Assembly (NCBI GenBank): GCA_026025795.1
Contig: JAPEUG010000109.1
Span: forward strand, 1-44,599
Direction of reading: 5' to 3'
DNA from: Thelocarpon superellum
Lineage: Eukaryota
Length of the DNA stretch: 44,599 bases
The notes beneath the pieces were generated by a model that saw only the letters and a program-made list of their open reading frames with translations, was not told where the DNA came from and did not search any database. The position numbers and the translations under genes are program-made. Shown one piece after another: positions 11,352 to 22,938 of this stretch; within the stretch, counting starts at the first letter, position 1, and the number at the start of each line of letters is the position of its first letter.

Positions 11352-13857
11352 ATGCATCTCTTTCGAGCCATCGTAACTCTCGCTATCACCGCAAGCCTGA
11401 TCATCTCCCCCATCCATGGTAAGACTTTTACCACGTCGTCGTGGACGTAGTCGACTGACGCACTCCGGCCAGCGCACTCCCAACGGCGAAAACCCTTACG
11501 CTATCTCTCGTTGGTGGAGGATCTTCGCATCCAGACGCCGTCGCACCGCGTCCATGCCTGGTCCTCGTTTGACCTGCTCTTCGATCTTCACCAAGGCCAG
11601 CAACAGATCAAGTTGACCCTCGAGCCCAATCACGACATCATCGCCGAGGGCGCGTCTGTGCAATATCTGGACTCCAACGGGGAGGTGTCGCGGATCGAGC
11701 CTATCGTCCGGGAAGACCACAAGGTGTACAAAGGAGAGACGTTCGTCGAAGATGACCGCGGGCACTGGCGGCATGTTGGCTGGGCACGGGTGGTCGTACG
11801 CCGCGATGGCATCCATCCGCTCTTCGAGGGCGCTTTCACCGTCATGAATGACGACCACCATGTGCAGCTGCGGTCCAGCTATATGCAGACCAAGCACGAG
11901 CTGGACCCAGATGCCGAGGCCACCGACGACGAGTACATGGTCGTCTTCCGCGGCTCCGACGTTGGCCTTCCCTACGCCACCGAGCTGAAGCGATCGTATG
12001 ACGACGAGCTGTTGTCCTGTACCGCCGACCGGCTGCACTTCAATGTGCAGCCCAACCATCCAGTATTCAGCAATGTCTTGCGCCGAGACACCCGCTTCTG
12101 GGGCGCCATGTCGACCGCATCGCTCTTTGGCAAGCGCCAGATCGACACCAACGGCATCCCCAGTGGCGGCGGCAACTCCGCCGGCGTCAACCTCAAATCC
12201 ACCATCGGACAGACGGCCGGCTGTCCTAATTCGCGCAAGGTGGCCCTGGTGGGCGTGGCGACGGATTGCGGCTACACGGGCTCCTTCAACTCCACCGAGG
12301 CGGCACGCCAGAATGTCATCACGCAGATGAACTCGGCCTCGACCGTGTACGAGAAGACATTCAACATCTCCCTTGGCCTGCACAACTTGACGGTCAGCGA
12401 TGCCAACTGCCCGGGGGCGGTACAGAGCTCGGCGCCATGGAACACGGCCTGCGCCGACAACACCACGATTCAGGACCGACTGAACAGCTTCTCTGCCTGG
12501 CGTGGCACCAAGGTTGACAACAACTCGCACTGGACCCTGCTCACGAAGTGCAACAGCGGCGCCGCCGTCGGCCTCGCCTGGCTCGGTCAGGCCTGCATCG
12601 CCACGGCCGACACGAGTAACTCCAACGAGACTACGACGGGCGCGAACGTCGTAGCTCGGACGTCTACGGAGTGGCAGGTGATTGCGCACGAGACGGGTCA
12701 TACCTTTGGCGCAGTACACGACTGCACCAGCCAGACATGTACCGATGGCACCACGGTCAACGCCCAGCAGTGCTGCCCCTTGAGCAGCAGCACCTGCGAC
12801 GCTGGGCAGCAGTACATCATGAATCCCTCCACCGGAGACGGCATCACCCAGTTCAGTGCCTGCACCGTCGGCAATATCTGCAACGCCATTGGCCGGAACA
12901 GCGTCAAGACGACGTGCTTGTCGGACAACAAGGGAGTGACGACCATCACCGGCAGTCAATGCGGCAACGGCATCGTAGAGACGGGAGAAGAGTGCGACTG
13001 TGGCGGACCTGACATCTGTGGTACCGAAAACTGCTGCGACGCGACGACGTGCAAGTTCAAGAATAACGCCGTGTGCGATGACGCCAATGACAATTGCTGT
13101 CATGGCTGCCAGTACGCCACGGCCAACACCGTTTGTCGCGCCAGCACCGGGCAATGTGATCCGCAGGAGGTATGCTCGGGCACCAATGGGACCTGCCCGC
13201 CGGACGTCAAGGCACCGGATGGTATGTACACCCGGCGACACGAGTCGAGGGATCGGACAACGAAGTCGCTGACCATGCTCGCTAGGCCAAACGTGCGGCA
13301 ACAGTTCGCTCAGCCTGACGTGCGCTAGCGGGCAGTGTACGTCGCGCGACCAGCAGTGCCAGACGCTGATGGGCTCCTTGACCTCCGACAACGATACGTA
13401 CGCCTGCGACTCGGAGAACTGTCAGATCTCGTGTGCCTCGCCACAATTCGGACCGAACACCTGCTACGGCATGCAGCAGAACTTCCTCGACGGCACGACG
13501 TGTGGTGGCGGGGGCAAATGCGCCAACGGACAGTGCCAAGGCTCGTCCGAGGCCAAGGTGATCGGCAGCTGGATCAGCAACAACAAGGGCCTGGTCATTG
13601 GTGTGGCATCGGCGGTTGGGGGGCTTCTCCTCCTGTCACTGCTGAGCTGCATCTGGCGATGCTGCAAGCAGCGACGACGAAGACCACCGGGCAGCAAGAT
13701 CATGTCGCCGTCATGGGGCCAACAGCCGCCGCCCTATTACAGTCAGATCCCGAAGCGCGGCCAGGCTCCGACGGGCAGCAATTACTCGACCGACGCAAGT
13801 CATTACTGGCAGCAGCCGCCAACATACCCCGCCGGGCCTAGCGTGCGCTACGCATGA
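11352..13857 (+). CDS. Fungal ADAM family metalloprotease (AdmB-like): signal peptide, prodomain, M12B domain, disintegrin, Cys-rich/EGF region, TM helix, Pro-rich tail; 795 aa, 3 exons
   Basis: Exons 11352-11418, 11473-13221, 13286-13857 (2388 nt). Zn motif HETGHTFGAVHD, Met-turn YIMNP, disintegrin start CGNGIVETGEECDCG, KR processing site FGKR|Q, TM GLVIGVASAVGGLLLLSLLSCIW. Confidence 0.94.
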
Positions 13858-14072
13858 GGGGGGTTGAGGAAGTGGGATTGGGACTCTGCACGGCGCCGAT
13901 GGCGATGGCATCGTTTCGGGCGTTTAATGGGGCATGAACATTGTTTGCTTGGGGCATCTCATATCATATGGGCAAGGCGGCATCTTGGGTCTGTAGGACG
14001 ACGACGACGACAAGGGATGGAAGCAAGGACGCTGGGCGGGGCACGGGGTGTACATGACAGGCTAGGCAAGCT

Positions 14073-14112
14073 AAGGCAAGGCAAGGCAAGGCAAGGCAAG
14101 GCAAGGCAAGGC
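14073..14112. repeat. (AAGGC)8 pentanucleotide microsatellite
   Basis: Eight perfect AAGGC units between the convergent 3' ends of the ADAM gene and the unknown gene. Confidence 0.95.
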
Positions 14113-14369
14113 ACGAGTGGCATATGGTCTCTTCGTCAGTGGACGGCTCTCTTCTGTGCATACTTTGATCATGTTGTCCATCGTCCTACCTCGCCACATA
14201 CTTACTCCCGTCTTCGCCGAGGATTCTATCGATAGATAGGTGGCAGATAGCACGAGTACGATACGAGTACGGAATGTGATTGATTGACTGCAAAGCCTGA
14301 TGATTCTCCCTACTATCTAGACTCTACTTTCCTTCGCCGATTGGCCGGGACAATGCAAATGAGCGTAAA

Positions 14370-16469
14370 TCACGATCTATCTTTTGCTTCCAACGCAGAC
14401 CCGACGGCAGCAGAAAGCGGCATGGTGTCATTCCTGTCCAATACCCCCTTTGCGATCCTGGCCTTGGTCTCAAGTAGGACATGCTGCCACGCGAAGACGC
14501 GGAGCGAGTCCGCCGTCCCGAGTGCCTCTGCCTCATACTTGGACCGCTCCCAGTGCGTGGCTATCTTCTCGTCCGTCTCGCGCATCTGGCGCGCCACGAT
14601 TGCCTCTTCGCCTTCTCGCTCCTCATCGGGATGTGCGAGGGGGAAGGCGTAGTGCTTGTGGCTTGCGAAGAGCCCGAGCGCGAGCCGGTCGTGATCGGCG
14701 GCAAGGAAGGTGGCGATGTGCTCTACATTGTTGGCGCACGCGTCGTCGTCGTGGACGGAGCTGGTGGTTGAATGTGGAGATGATGCCGCCATGTAGTCCA
14801 CGTAGGATCCGGCGATGCTGTTGCCCATTGCGATTATGTGTGGCGTATCTTGATCGGGATCGTGCAAGAGCTGGTCGGCGCTGACGTGCGAGACGTGCCA
14901 TGTGACCTTGTGGCCTAGCGTGAAGGGGGATGCGACCTCGGTGTCGTCTGCAGCTGCCATGTCTTTGAATTCTAGCCGTGCAAGAAAGAAGTTGGAGTGG
15001 AATCCTAACCGGAATCGTCAGGAGAGCCGATTCGGAAAAGGGGTCATTGGATAATGGGTCTTACCATGTTTGCAGAATCGTCTGTCAACCATAATAACAG
15101 TATCCTGGTCCCTGCTCCACATTTCTCGCAGCAGGAGATAGCCCACATAGCAGGGCATCGATGTGATGTGTTTCACCGATCTCTGCGTAGTCTGCGCTAG
15201 TAATCTGGGCACATCATCAGCAACGAAACCCTCTGCCTACGCCTGCGTCTGCTCTCACCTTCCAATGTTGGCCTTGGACAAAGACCTAGTCGCCATTGAC
15301 TGTAGCCATGCACAGCTCAGGTCCGCAAGCCAGATCTGCAGCGCTTGGAACTCCAATGCAACCTTTCGACCGGCATTCGCATGCTTGTAGTCTCGGACAC
15401 TGTAATCGATACAGTCTCGGACCAGCTCGATTCCATAGTCGGCTGCGGTGTTGGGGTCCAGTCGAGCGCCCACGACGTTCTGCAATCGACAGAAAACCTT
15501 GTACTTGGACAGAATGTATGAATATACCAGGAAGCGCGTGATGACTTTGACGTCAAGCAACTTCCATTCCGTGGTGATCAAGTCGTTCTCTTGCCCGGTA
15601 CTGGGGATGTCACCAAGCGAGGTCAGATGTAACAGCAACGCCTCAGAAGCCTCCTTTGACACTGCCTCATTCCCAGAGAATCGCGTTGAGGGCTTCGGCT
15701 CGCAGCAGGGCGCGTCTTCATGACTCAAGACGTATTGTTCCTGCCGGCTCGTGCCTTGAATTCGCCAGTTTAGCGCAACGACGCGGCGTGATCGTCTGAT
15801 CAGCAGGAGTACTCTCTTGGCAAAGTTCAGCGCGGAGCAGATGGTCCGGTAGAGGACGCCCTTTGGTCGAGGCAGATTGCTTGTTGTCTGCAGGAGCTCG
15901 CGCGACGAAGCCGAGGAAGAACGGTGCTCGTTTGCCCTAGTCGTCGACTGCAGCGCTACGAAATCGTTGTAAAGCGAGGCTGGCGAGGCGGCAAGGGAAA
16001 GTTCCAACCATTCCAGCGCCTTCAGGATGCCGTCGGGAGAGTCGTGTTTGGCCCCAAATCCAAGCTCCGATGGGTTGAATCGTCCGTGAGTGAGTTTTGA
16101 GCAAGCTTCCTTTGCTGCCTTGCGGACCTTGACCAACCTGTCTTGTGCTTCCACCAGCCATGAAGGCGTCGGGTCCTTGTCGGATTGGCAACCTTGCAGG
16201 AAGCCGCGATGAGCCATGACGACTTCCCTCAGCATGCCAGCTCGCAATTGGCACGATGTATCGCCCACGTGTGCGTCAAACGCCATGAAGCCGATTGAGT
16301 CCGGAGCATCGTTGCGTCCTAGTAGCAGGTCACGGAACAGATCCAGGGCATCAATTGCATCCGAGGAGCCTCGAATCACGTCTTTGAGAATTGCCGGATA
16401 AAACATTCTCTTCTGTGGGGTGCTGAACGCAGCGAAAGATGGGCAGGGAGGAAAAAGAAAGCTCGCCAT
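14370..16469 (-). CDS. Protein of unknown function, ~661 aa, 3 exons; probable cytosolic enzyme
   Basis: Exons 16469-15259, 15204-15065, 15004-14370 (1986 nt) joined by canonical introns 15258-15205 and 15064-15005, which fuse three separate ORF-track entries in frame. Globular blocks FDAHVGDTSCQLRA, RFLVYSYILSKYK, LADLSCAWLQ, MPCYVGY, DRRFCKHGFH, FASHKHY, FAWQHVLLET; no signal peptide. Start could be the downstream Met (MFYPAIL). Confidence 0.82.
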
Positions 16470-17723
16470 ATTCTTGCAGGGGCAACGATGTTTCGACGCA
16501 ATGAATGGATAAAAGATTTCAGGTACCCAAGGGGGAACGTAATTGTGACGTTGTGTCTGTGCCTGTCGATTGAGCGTGTTCGAGGTCGCTGCTAGCTTGA
16601 TGATTCGTCAGGAGCACCAAGAAATCTCACAGATGGCTTATATGATGATGACACTCCGTTCCTGTTTTGCCTAGCATCTTGGAGGTTCGGGAGCATCCGC
16701 AGCGGACGCCAATCGGCTCCCAAAGTGGCTTCCTGCGCCGAGACACGCTGGGGGGCTTCTTGGCTGAACCGTGGCCAAGGAGAATGGGTGAGACCATCCG
16801 AGGAGCGGCTGATGCTACGGCAAGGCTTGCCTCCTTTCAACCATCACAGCTCCAACGACGGCTGCGGCATGCATTGTGGCTGGCGCAGCAGCCGCTGTGT
16901 CTCCGTGGCTCCAGATGGTCAGCACGAGGCATCACGTCAAGGGACAGCACGTTGTAAAGATACGTGCCTACCCTTGTCGGGAGTAACATCGGCAGGGGTA
17001 CTGAGCCTCCACAACATTTGCCTTTCGGTGCCAGTCCAGTTCTTCCAGAGAGTCTTGGTCCAAATCGGCACTTCTGGCCGGAGGTGGGACTTTGACCAGA
17101 AGGTAGCATCGTCAGATCCGTGGCCAAGCACTTCGGCGTTGGAACCGCAAACTGAGACCCGGATTCAGGCGTCAACCACGCGGTCAAGAACGAAAAGTAT
17201 GTCTATGAAAGGGCTGGGCACTGATGGACACAGGAGAGCGCGGGGTTACACTTGGACAAACAAGGTGCTGAGAGCTGTGAGGTGGGACGTCGGAGGAGAA
17301 CGCTACGGTCGAAAATCCACATTGCCCAACTGACTGCTGCCCGGCTTAGCGAAGCGCGCGCTGGACCGTCGGCCTCCAGACTCTAAGCGGAAGGTTCCCC
17401 TCCCTATTCCTCCGCAGGCACAGGTAAACCCCTGGAGACGAGTAAGGCGAGAGGCGGAAGTGCCAAGGTCATCACTTACCTTTACACGAGCTGGCAATGT
17501 TTGTGTGGCCTCTCCAAGGCACAGTGCCCACGGTGCTATATAGCATGGGTTACTTGGTTACCGCTGCAATGGCTGCATCAGCTGGCCCCGAGAGCTTTGG
17601 TGCTTCTGTCTCCATCCCAAAGTCCACTCCCACGGTGACATCTCGAGCTCCAGACGTCCTGATCCAAGTGCAGCCAGAACAGAACGCACTCAAGATCCCG
17701 TACCAACAGTCATCTTCGTCGAA

Positions 17724-19729
17724 ATGGAGATCAATGCTCGGCCCTGGATTCTTCCTAATCTTTCACTGCACGAGTTCGGTGATGCTCATGACGCTTTCCG
17801 CCTTCTGGTCGTCTCGCTAGCTTCAGTCCTCTTCATCTCTATCTATCGGAGTCAGTGGAGTAATGTACGTTTCATGGCCTGTTCGAGCCTCCTGTTACTG
17901 CAATGCTCATACCTTCCCTCCGCAGGCCTCGGCCAGTTTCAAGAACAAACAGGGCCAACGCATCAAGGAGATCAAGGAGGACAGTCGATTCAGCCGATTC
18001 TCCCACGGGTTGGTCCTCCGGGGCCAGGGTCAATGGGCCACCATGCTGATCAGACCAGGCTTGAGCTGTCCCAGCAAGGCCAACGCCTGGCTGGAAGCGA
18101 ACCATATCTTGTTCGAAACGGTCGAAACAAGGAGCTTGTCATCAGCGCCCCGGATCAAGCCAGGGAGTTCTTCGCTCACGATGCCAAAGGTTAGCCCGCG
18201 AGCATCCTCTTCTACGAGCCTTGATGAACTGATCTTCGTTATAAGACCACATGAAGCCCGCGAATATGAACCTGGGCCACTACTTTGGACGGTACGCTAC
18301 AAAGTCAGGTCGGGTTCGGTGCTGGCCATTGTTTGACGCGAAATCTTACCTAGAGTTCTGGGAAACTGCGTGGGCGTTCAGGGCGGGGCCAAATGGAATT
18401 CGATGCGTGCGCTTTTCAACCCCGAATTCTCTCACCTGGCAGCGAAGAACATGATCCCACTTTTCACGCAAGAGTTCAGCAAGTGGGCGGCCGAGCTCTC
18501 GCAAGATGGCACAGTGGTATCAAAGGGAGAGGAGAAGTTTGTGATCGACGCCGCGGGCGCTTGTCGCATTCTGCCGTTTCGCCTCATTGCCAGAACATGC
18601 TACGGAAACATGCTCACGGACGAGGTACGGCTCCGCCTCAGGCGGGCAGCGACCCTGACTGACACATGTAGACCTTTGACAAGCTCTTGTCGTTCAATGA
18701 GGTGCACGAGCAGATCATGTGCCAGGCGGTATTTGGACGGTGGACAACTTCCAAGTATTATGGCATGCTCCCGACCAAGGCCAAGCGGCAGATGGATCAG
18801 TTCCAAAAGGGCTGGGAGGCCTTCAATCTGGATATAGTCGTGGAGGCGCGAAAGGTACGCCATGGCGTGGAGTGGAATCTCGCCGAGAGCTTACGTTGCA
18901 TACTGGCTAACACCTGACCCTAGAGCGGGACGTCGTGCCCGGCAGAGAAGATCTACGATGGAGTCGATCCCAAAGGAGACATCAGCAAGCAGGAGGTAGG
19001 TCTTCTGCCATGCCTCTCGGCTCGACCCTTGACCAGCGTGAGACTAAGAGGCTGGGCACAGTTCTTGGAAACGGTTGACGAGATCCTCTTTACCAACATC
19101 GACGTGACGTCGGCCGTGCTTGCCTTTGTCTTGATCAACCTGGCCGCGAACCGGCCCTTTCAAGACAAGCTTCGCACCGAGATCCGCGAGCAGCTAGCCG
19201 CCGCCAGTGGGGATATAGGCCATTATCTCGCCAAGACGGACACGCTGCTCAACTACGCCAGCATGGAATCCGTTCGTATGAGTCCAGCGGCATGTACGTT
19301 CTTGAACGCTCTCTTGGCAGCCGTAATGCCATCGTGCAAGAGACTAAAGCGCATCTAGGGTTTTCGCTGCCGGAGCGCACGGCCCAAGACAAGGTGATTG
19401 GCGGATATCTGATTCCCGCGGGCACGCCCGGCATCATCGACTGGAAGCGACTCAATACGCAATCCGAAGTGTGGGGTAGCGACGGAGAGACGTTCCGGCC
19501 GGAGCGATTCCTGGAGATCTCGCAGAAGCAGTACCGCTACAGCCTGCTCCGCTTTGGTGTCGGGCCGCGCAAGTGCCTGGGTAAGAACATGGCCGATGTC
19601 ATGATCAAGCTGGCCATGATCATCGTGCTCGAGAAGTATCACCTCTCGGGCGTGGACGGTCAAGTGGCGCTGCGGAAGGACCGCTTCACGTGCACGCCAC
19701 AGCAGCTGGTGAAGTTCTCCAAGGTTTAG
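17724..19729 (+). CDS. Cytochrome P450 monooxygenase, GliC-like secondary-metabolism type, 509 aa, 9 exons
   Basis: Exons 17724-17864, 17926-18008, 18059-18189, 18246-18291, 18354-18624, 18672-18854, 18924-18995, 19062-19293, 19359-19729 (1530 nt). N-terminal TM anchor; heme motif FGVGPRKCLG; ExxR (ESVR); PERF; atypical I-helix DEILFTNIDVT lacking the usual AGxxT. Confidence 0.93.
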
Positions 19730-20820
19730 TAGCTGCCGAGTAAGCGGGTAGACAGGAAGGTGTGATGGCTATGCATTGGAGGAGGGTTTACGTGAACCGA
19801 ATGGGTGCAGTAGGTAGAGGCGATTATGTCCGACAAGAAGAGCCAGCATTTCCCGATCAGGAGGCCAAGCATCCAATCGAACATTTAACGAGCCGTTGCG
19901 CGCGTAGGATTTCCAGGTGAAACAGGCAGCGCACTGATCAACAACTAAGCCATGTTGGCGCTCCCTCTCCGTCCCTCCCCTCCACTGCCCTCTTTCCCTA
20001 ACGGGAAGGAAGTTTGACAGGAGAGCAGAGCGAAGGTGAAGACGACAAGAAGAGGACAAGGAGAAGGTCACGCTGGTACGACAAGGCCCCGTCCTGCGCC
20101 CGGCCATCGCCCACCCAGTCCCTCTCCCTAAGCAGGGTGGGACGTGGATTCGGTAGGAGGAGCGTCTACACCAGACACGGTATCGTGCTTGCCGGGCTGG
20201 GTGCACCGCCCACCCTTCCACTAGCGATCCTTCCTCTTGCCGGTCTACCCGTCTCGTGGCGTACTCGAGGCCTCACTTTGACATCCATGTTCCACCCGAC
20301 ACATTCCTGGCTTATCCCACCGGCCTCTCCTCTACATTCATGCCATGGGACGACATGGATCTAGAGCGCCATTGCATTTAGCTTGCTCGTTTCGGGAGCC
20401 TTTATATTTGTAGCGCATGATTCTCCATATAGCAGTCCCGTCGTCGCTGAAACGGAGTCGACCCTACGACGGTGTTACCGCAACGGCTAGAGGTCGCTAA
20501 CCAGGTTGCCGAACCGATGGTTGGCTTCCCTCCACGCACGCGCACCAGCTCGTGCTAGCCCTAGGAACGCTTATCGCGGACTTGATGCTTGGAGTTTCTC
20601 ATCCTTCGTCAAGCGCGACTTTCTTGCAATGCCACAAATGCCGTGAGGTGAAACGTGATGGAGGCTGCACTGACCTCAACTACGCTCGTCGTTTCGAGGA
20701 GCTATATAGACGGTGGCTCTTCATCTTCGCTCGAGGCTGGTGCCCACCGATCTCTTCATTCTCCCGATCGTTTCCTCAAGCAGACTCCGTCAACTACCGG
20801 GCATGGTAGCTTCGCCCACA

Positions 20821-22221
20821 ATGCTTACCAGACATCTCTCTCTGCTGCTCTCTCTCACTCTGCTGCTGCCGCATCTCTCCTTGGGAGCTCTCTCAGCGCC
20901 GCGACCAGATGTGCTTGCAGATTCGGCCTGGTGGTACCGACGAGACCTTGAATCTATCGGTACGGTGAACACGAAGGATGGTGCTGAGAACTTGACCAGC
21001 AGCGGAGTAGAGACGAGCGGCAGCGAGACACCTCAATCATCCGAGGCTCTTGATTTGAACGCACTGCTCGGTGGTGTGCCAGAGAACGGCAGCGGCAACG
21101 ACGTCACCGATCATCTACCCGGCTTCGTCCTCCAATCGAACAATCAAAGCGGGACCGCGTCACTACCCGCAGCCGATGCTACTGAGAACGCAAATACCAC
21201 CTCGACGAGCTACCGCTTGCGATACAATTGGCCCAACGGGACCAACAGCGTTACTGCCGATAACGTCACGTTGGAGGGCGAACATGTCGTGGGCAGGAAT
21301 CTCGTCCAAGATATAAGACAGATGCTGGCGTATGCACAAGCCCAACCGGCGACGTCAGCCTCGACACATCTCGAAGCGATTGGCGGGGAGCTGACTATGT
21401 ACGTGTGGGCGAGTGCCTCGAACCCGAACTCTTACCTCAACTGGACCGGAGTCGGACAGATCATCCAGGTCTTTCTCGACCGAATGTCCTCACTCGATCC
21501 GACCCAAGTCAACGCGACCTTTGTTGGCGTCGTCGAGCCGAGTCAGGGGCAGGAAGAGGCGGCTACCGGCGACGCGGACGCGCCTCGGGCTCCCCTCTTC
21601 TACGTGATGATGCATCGACCGTTTTTGGAGGTGAATCTGACAGCGGCCGAGGTGGCCGCGACCAACCTTACGGTTCCAGGCCTGCCCGATGACGACGTGG
21701 AAGTCTCTGGTGGCGCCGCCCGGACTCTCAAAGCGAGCTATGTCTCCAAGAGCGGGCCGGGTTCCGTATATTCGATCCAGGACACAGATGTGGCCATGAC
21801 CGCGTATCGATTTCAGTGGTATACGTGGACCACGGTGCTTACCTCCATGGCCGTGGCAGTCACGAACGAAGCCAGACGTCGCAGTTTGGACTTTATCAGT
21901 CGGGACACGTTCCAAGGCTACCGACAACTCGCGGTGAGAGGCAAGCGTGGGTATTGGATTCAGTTCACGCTGGCGCAAGGCACAACCTGGAGTGCTAAAC
22001 GCTGGCAGCTCATCACCGACCTGATCAACAAGCTGGTGCGTAACGAGGCGGAAGATAGCGACCTGAGCCCCGTCCTTGGCGTCCGAAGGATGTATGCGAT
22101 GGGTGGCCAGTTCTTCGGGCCCGACGGCAGCGTCATTGGCACGTGGGGGTTTCGTAAGGGCTCGCCGACGGGATGGTGCTCGTCTTTTGGTTGCCTCGGT
22201 CAGGCTGTGGTGGGAGATTAG
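20821..22221 (+). CDS. Orphan secreted glycoprotein, ~466 aa, intronless
   Basis: Long uninterrupted ORF; signal peptide from ATG 20821 (MLTRHLSLLLSLTLLLPHLSLG-A); Kex2-like YRR|D; many N-x-S/T sequons; low-complexity N-terminal part then two globular segments. Confidence 0.75.
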   Translation: MLTRHLSLLLSLTLLLPHLSLGALSAPRPDVLADSAWWYRRDLESIGTVNTKDGAENLTSSGVETSGSETPQSSEALDLNALLGGVPENGSGNDVTDHLPGFVLQSNNQSGTASLPAADATENANTTSTSYRLRYNWPNGTNSVTADNVTLEGEHVVGRNLVQDIRQMLAYAQAQPATSASTHLEAIGGELTMYVWASASNPNSYLNWTGVGQIIQVFLDRMSSLDPTQVNATFVGVVEPSQGQEEAATGDADAPRAPLFYVMMHRPFLEVNLTAAEVAATNLTVPGLPDDDVEVSGGAARTLKASYVSKSGPGSVYSIQDTDVAMTAYRFQWYTWTTVLTSMAVAVTNEARRRSLDFISRDTFQGYRQLAVRGKRGYWIQFTLAQGTTWSAKRWQLITDLINKLVRNEAEDSDLSPVLGVRRMYAMGGQFFGPDGSVIGTWGFRKGSPTGWCSSFGCLGQAVVGD

Positions 22222-22938
22222 AGTCGAGCAGCTTACTTGCATGCTGGTCGCTTGACAGAAGGAGACCACAGCACGATCCAGCACCTAGCCACTCCCCCCC
22301 CTGAGCGTACGAGCACGAGTATCGGTTCCTTGCCCCGCCCAAGTCATCACGCGGTGAGCATAGGCATCCGTGTTGGTTGGCTGGCTGGCTGGCGGACGCT
22401 TCATATCGGCCTGCTACATCAGGACAGGCACGGGGCGGGGCGAGGGATTGGCCATCTCGACGGGTACAGTGGTAGGATAGGTCAAGTCAAGTGACTACTG
22501 CGACTATCTCTATTTTCTGTCCCTCTCACCCTCACCCTCACCGCCACCGCCTCCGCCCACGTCGCTGTCGCTATCAGTAGTGTCGGTGTTGGTTTTGCTG
22601 TGCCGTCTCACTGCCTGCATATGCAAGTATCCGTATCTCGTCGACTTTTCGGCATGTTGCTCCCCTGGTGCAGTCTCAGTGTTGGTGGCGGCTGTTCGTG
22701 ACACCTGGCGAGCGCGTGTCCTCGTCTCATCCCCACTCCTCGCAGTTCGACTCAACGCAATTGCTATCGCAATCGAAACTTGTATTCTTCTGATTAGGCC
22801 ATGAGATATACGGTCCATGGAATGGGCAGAAATGGCCTGATGTAGAGGGGATCAGCCAATCCCCTGGGTTTTTCCAATGCCGTTGTCGTGGAGATTGCCA
22901 TATGCTCTCTCGCCAGTCTCGCTTCCTTCTCCTTTCAT

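Noticed and set aside
11496..13391. 631-aa minus-strand ORF
   Set aside because: Antisense shadow of the ADAM exon caused by GC-biased codon usage; no recognisable motifs
16725..17333. 202-aa ORF in the divergent promoter
   Set aside because: Non-ATG start, no motifs, lies in the shared upstream region
17497..17820. 107-aa ORF as an alternative P450 start
   Set aside because: Out of frame with the TM-anchor exon starting at 17724, which gives a complete 509-aa P450
21490..22284. 264-aa minus-strand ORF (and likewise the 267-aa plus ORF at 26182-26985)
   Set aside because: Antisense to secreted-protein genes that have clear signal peptides
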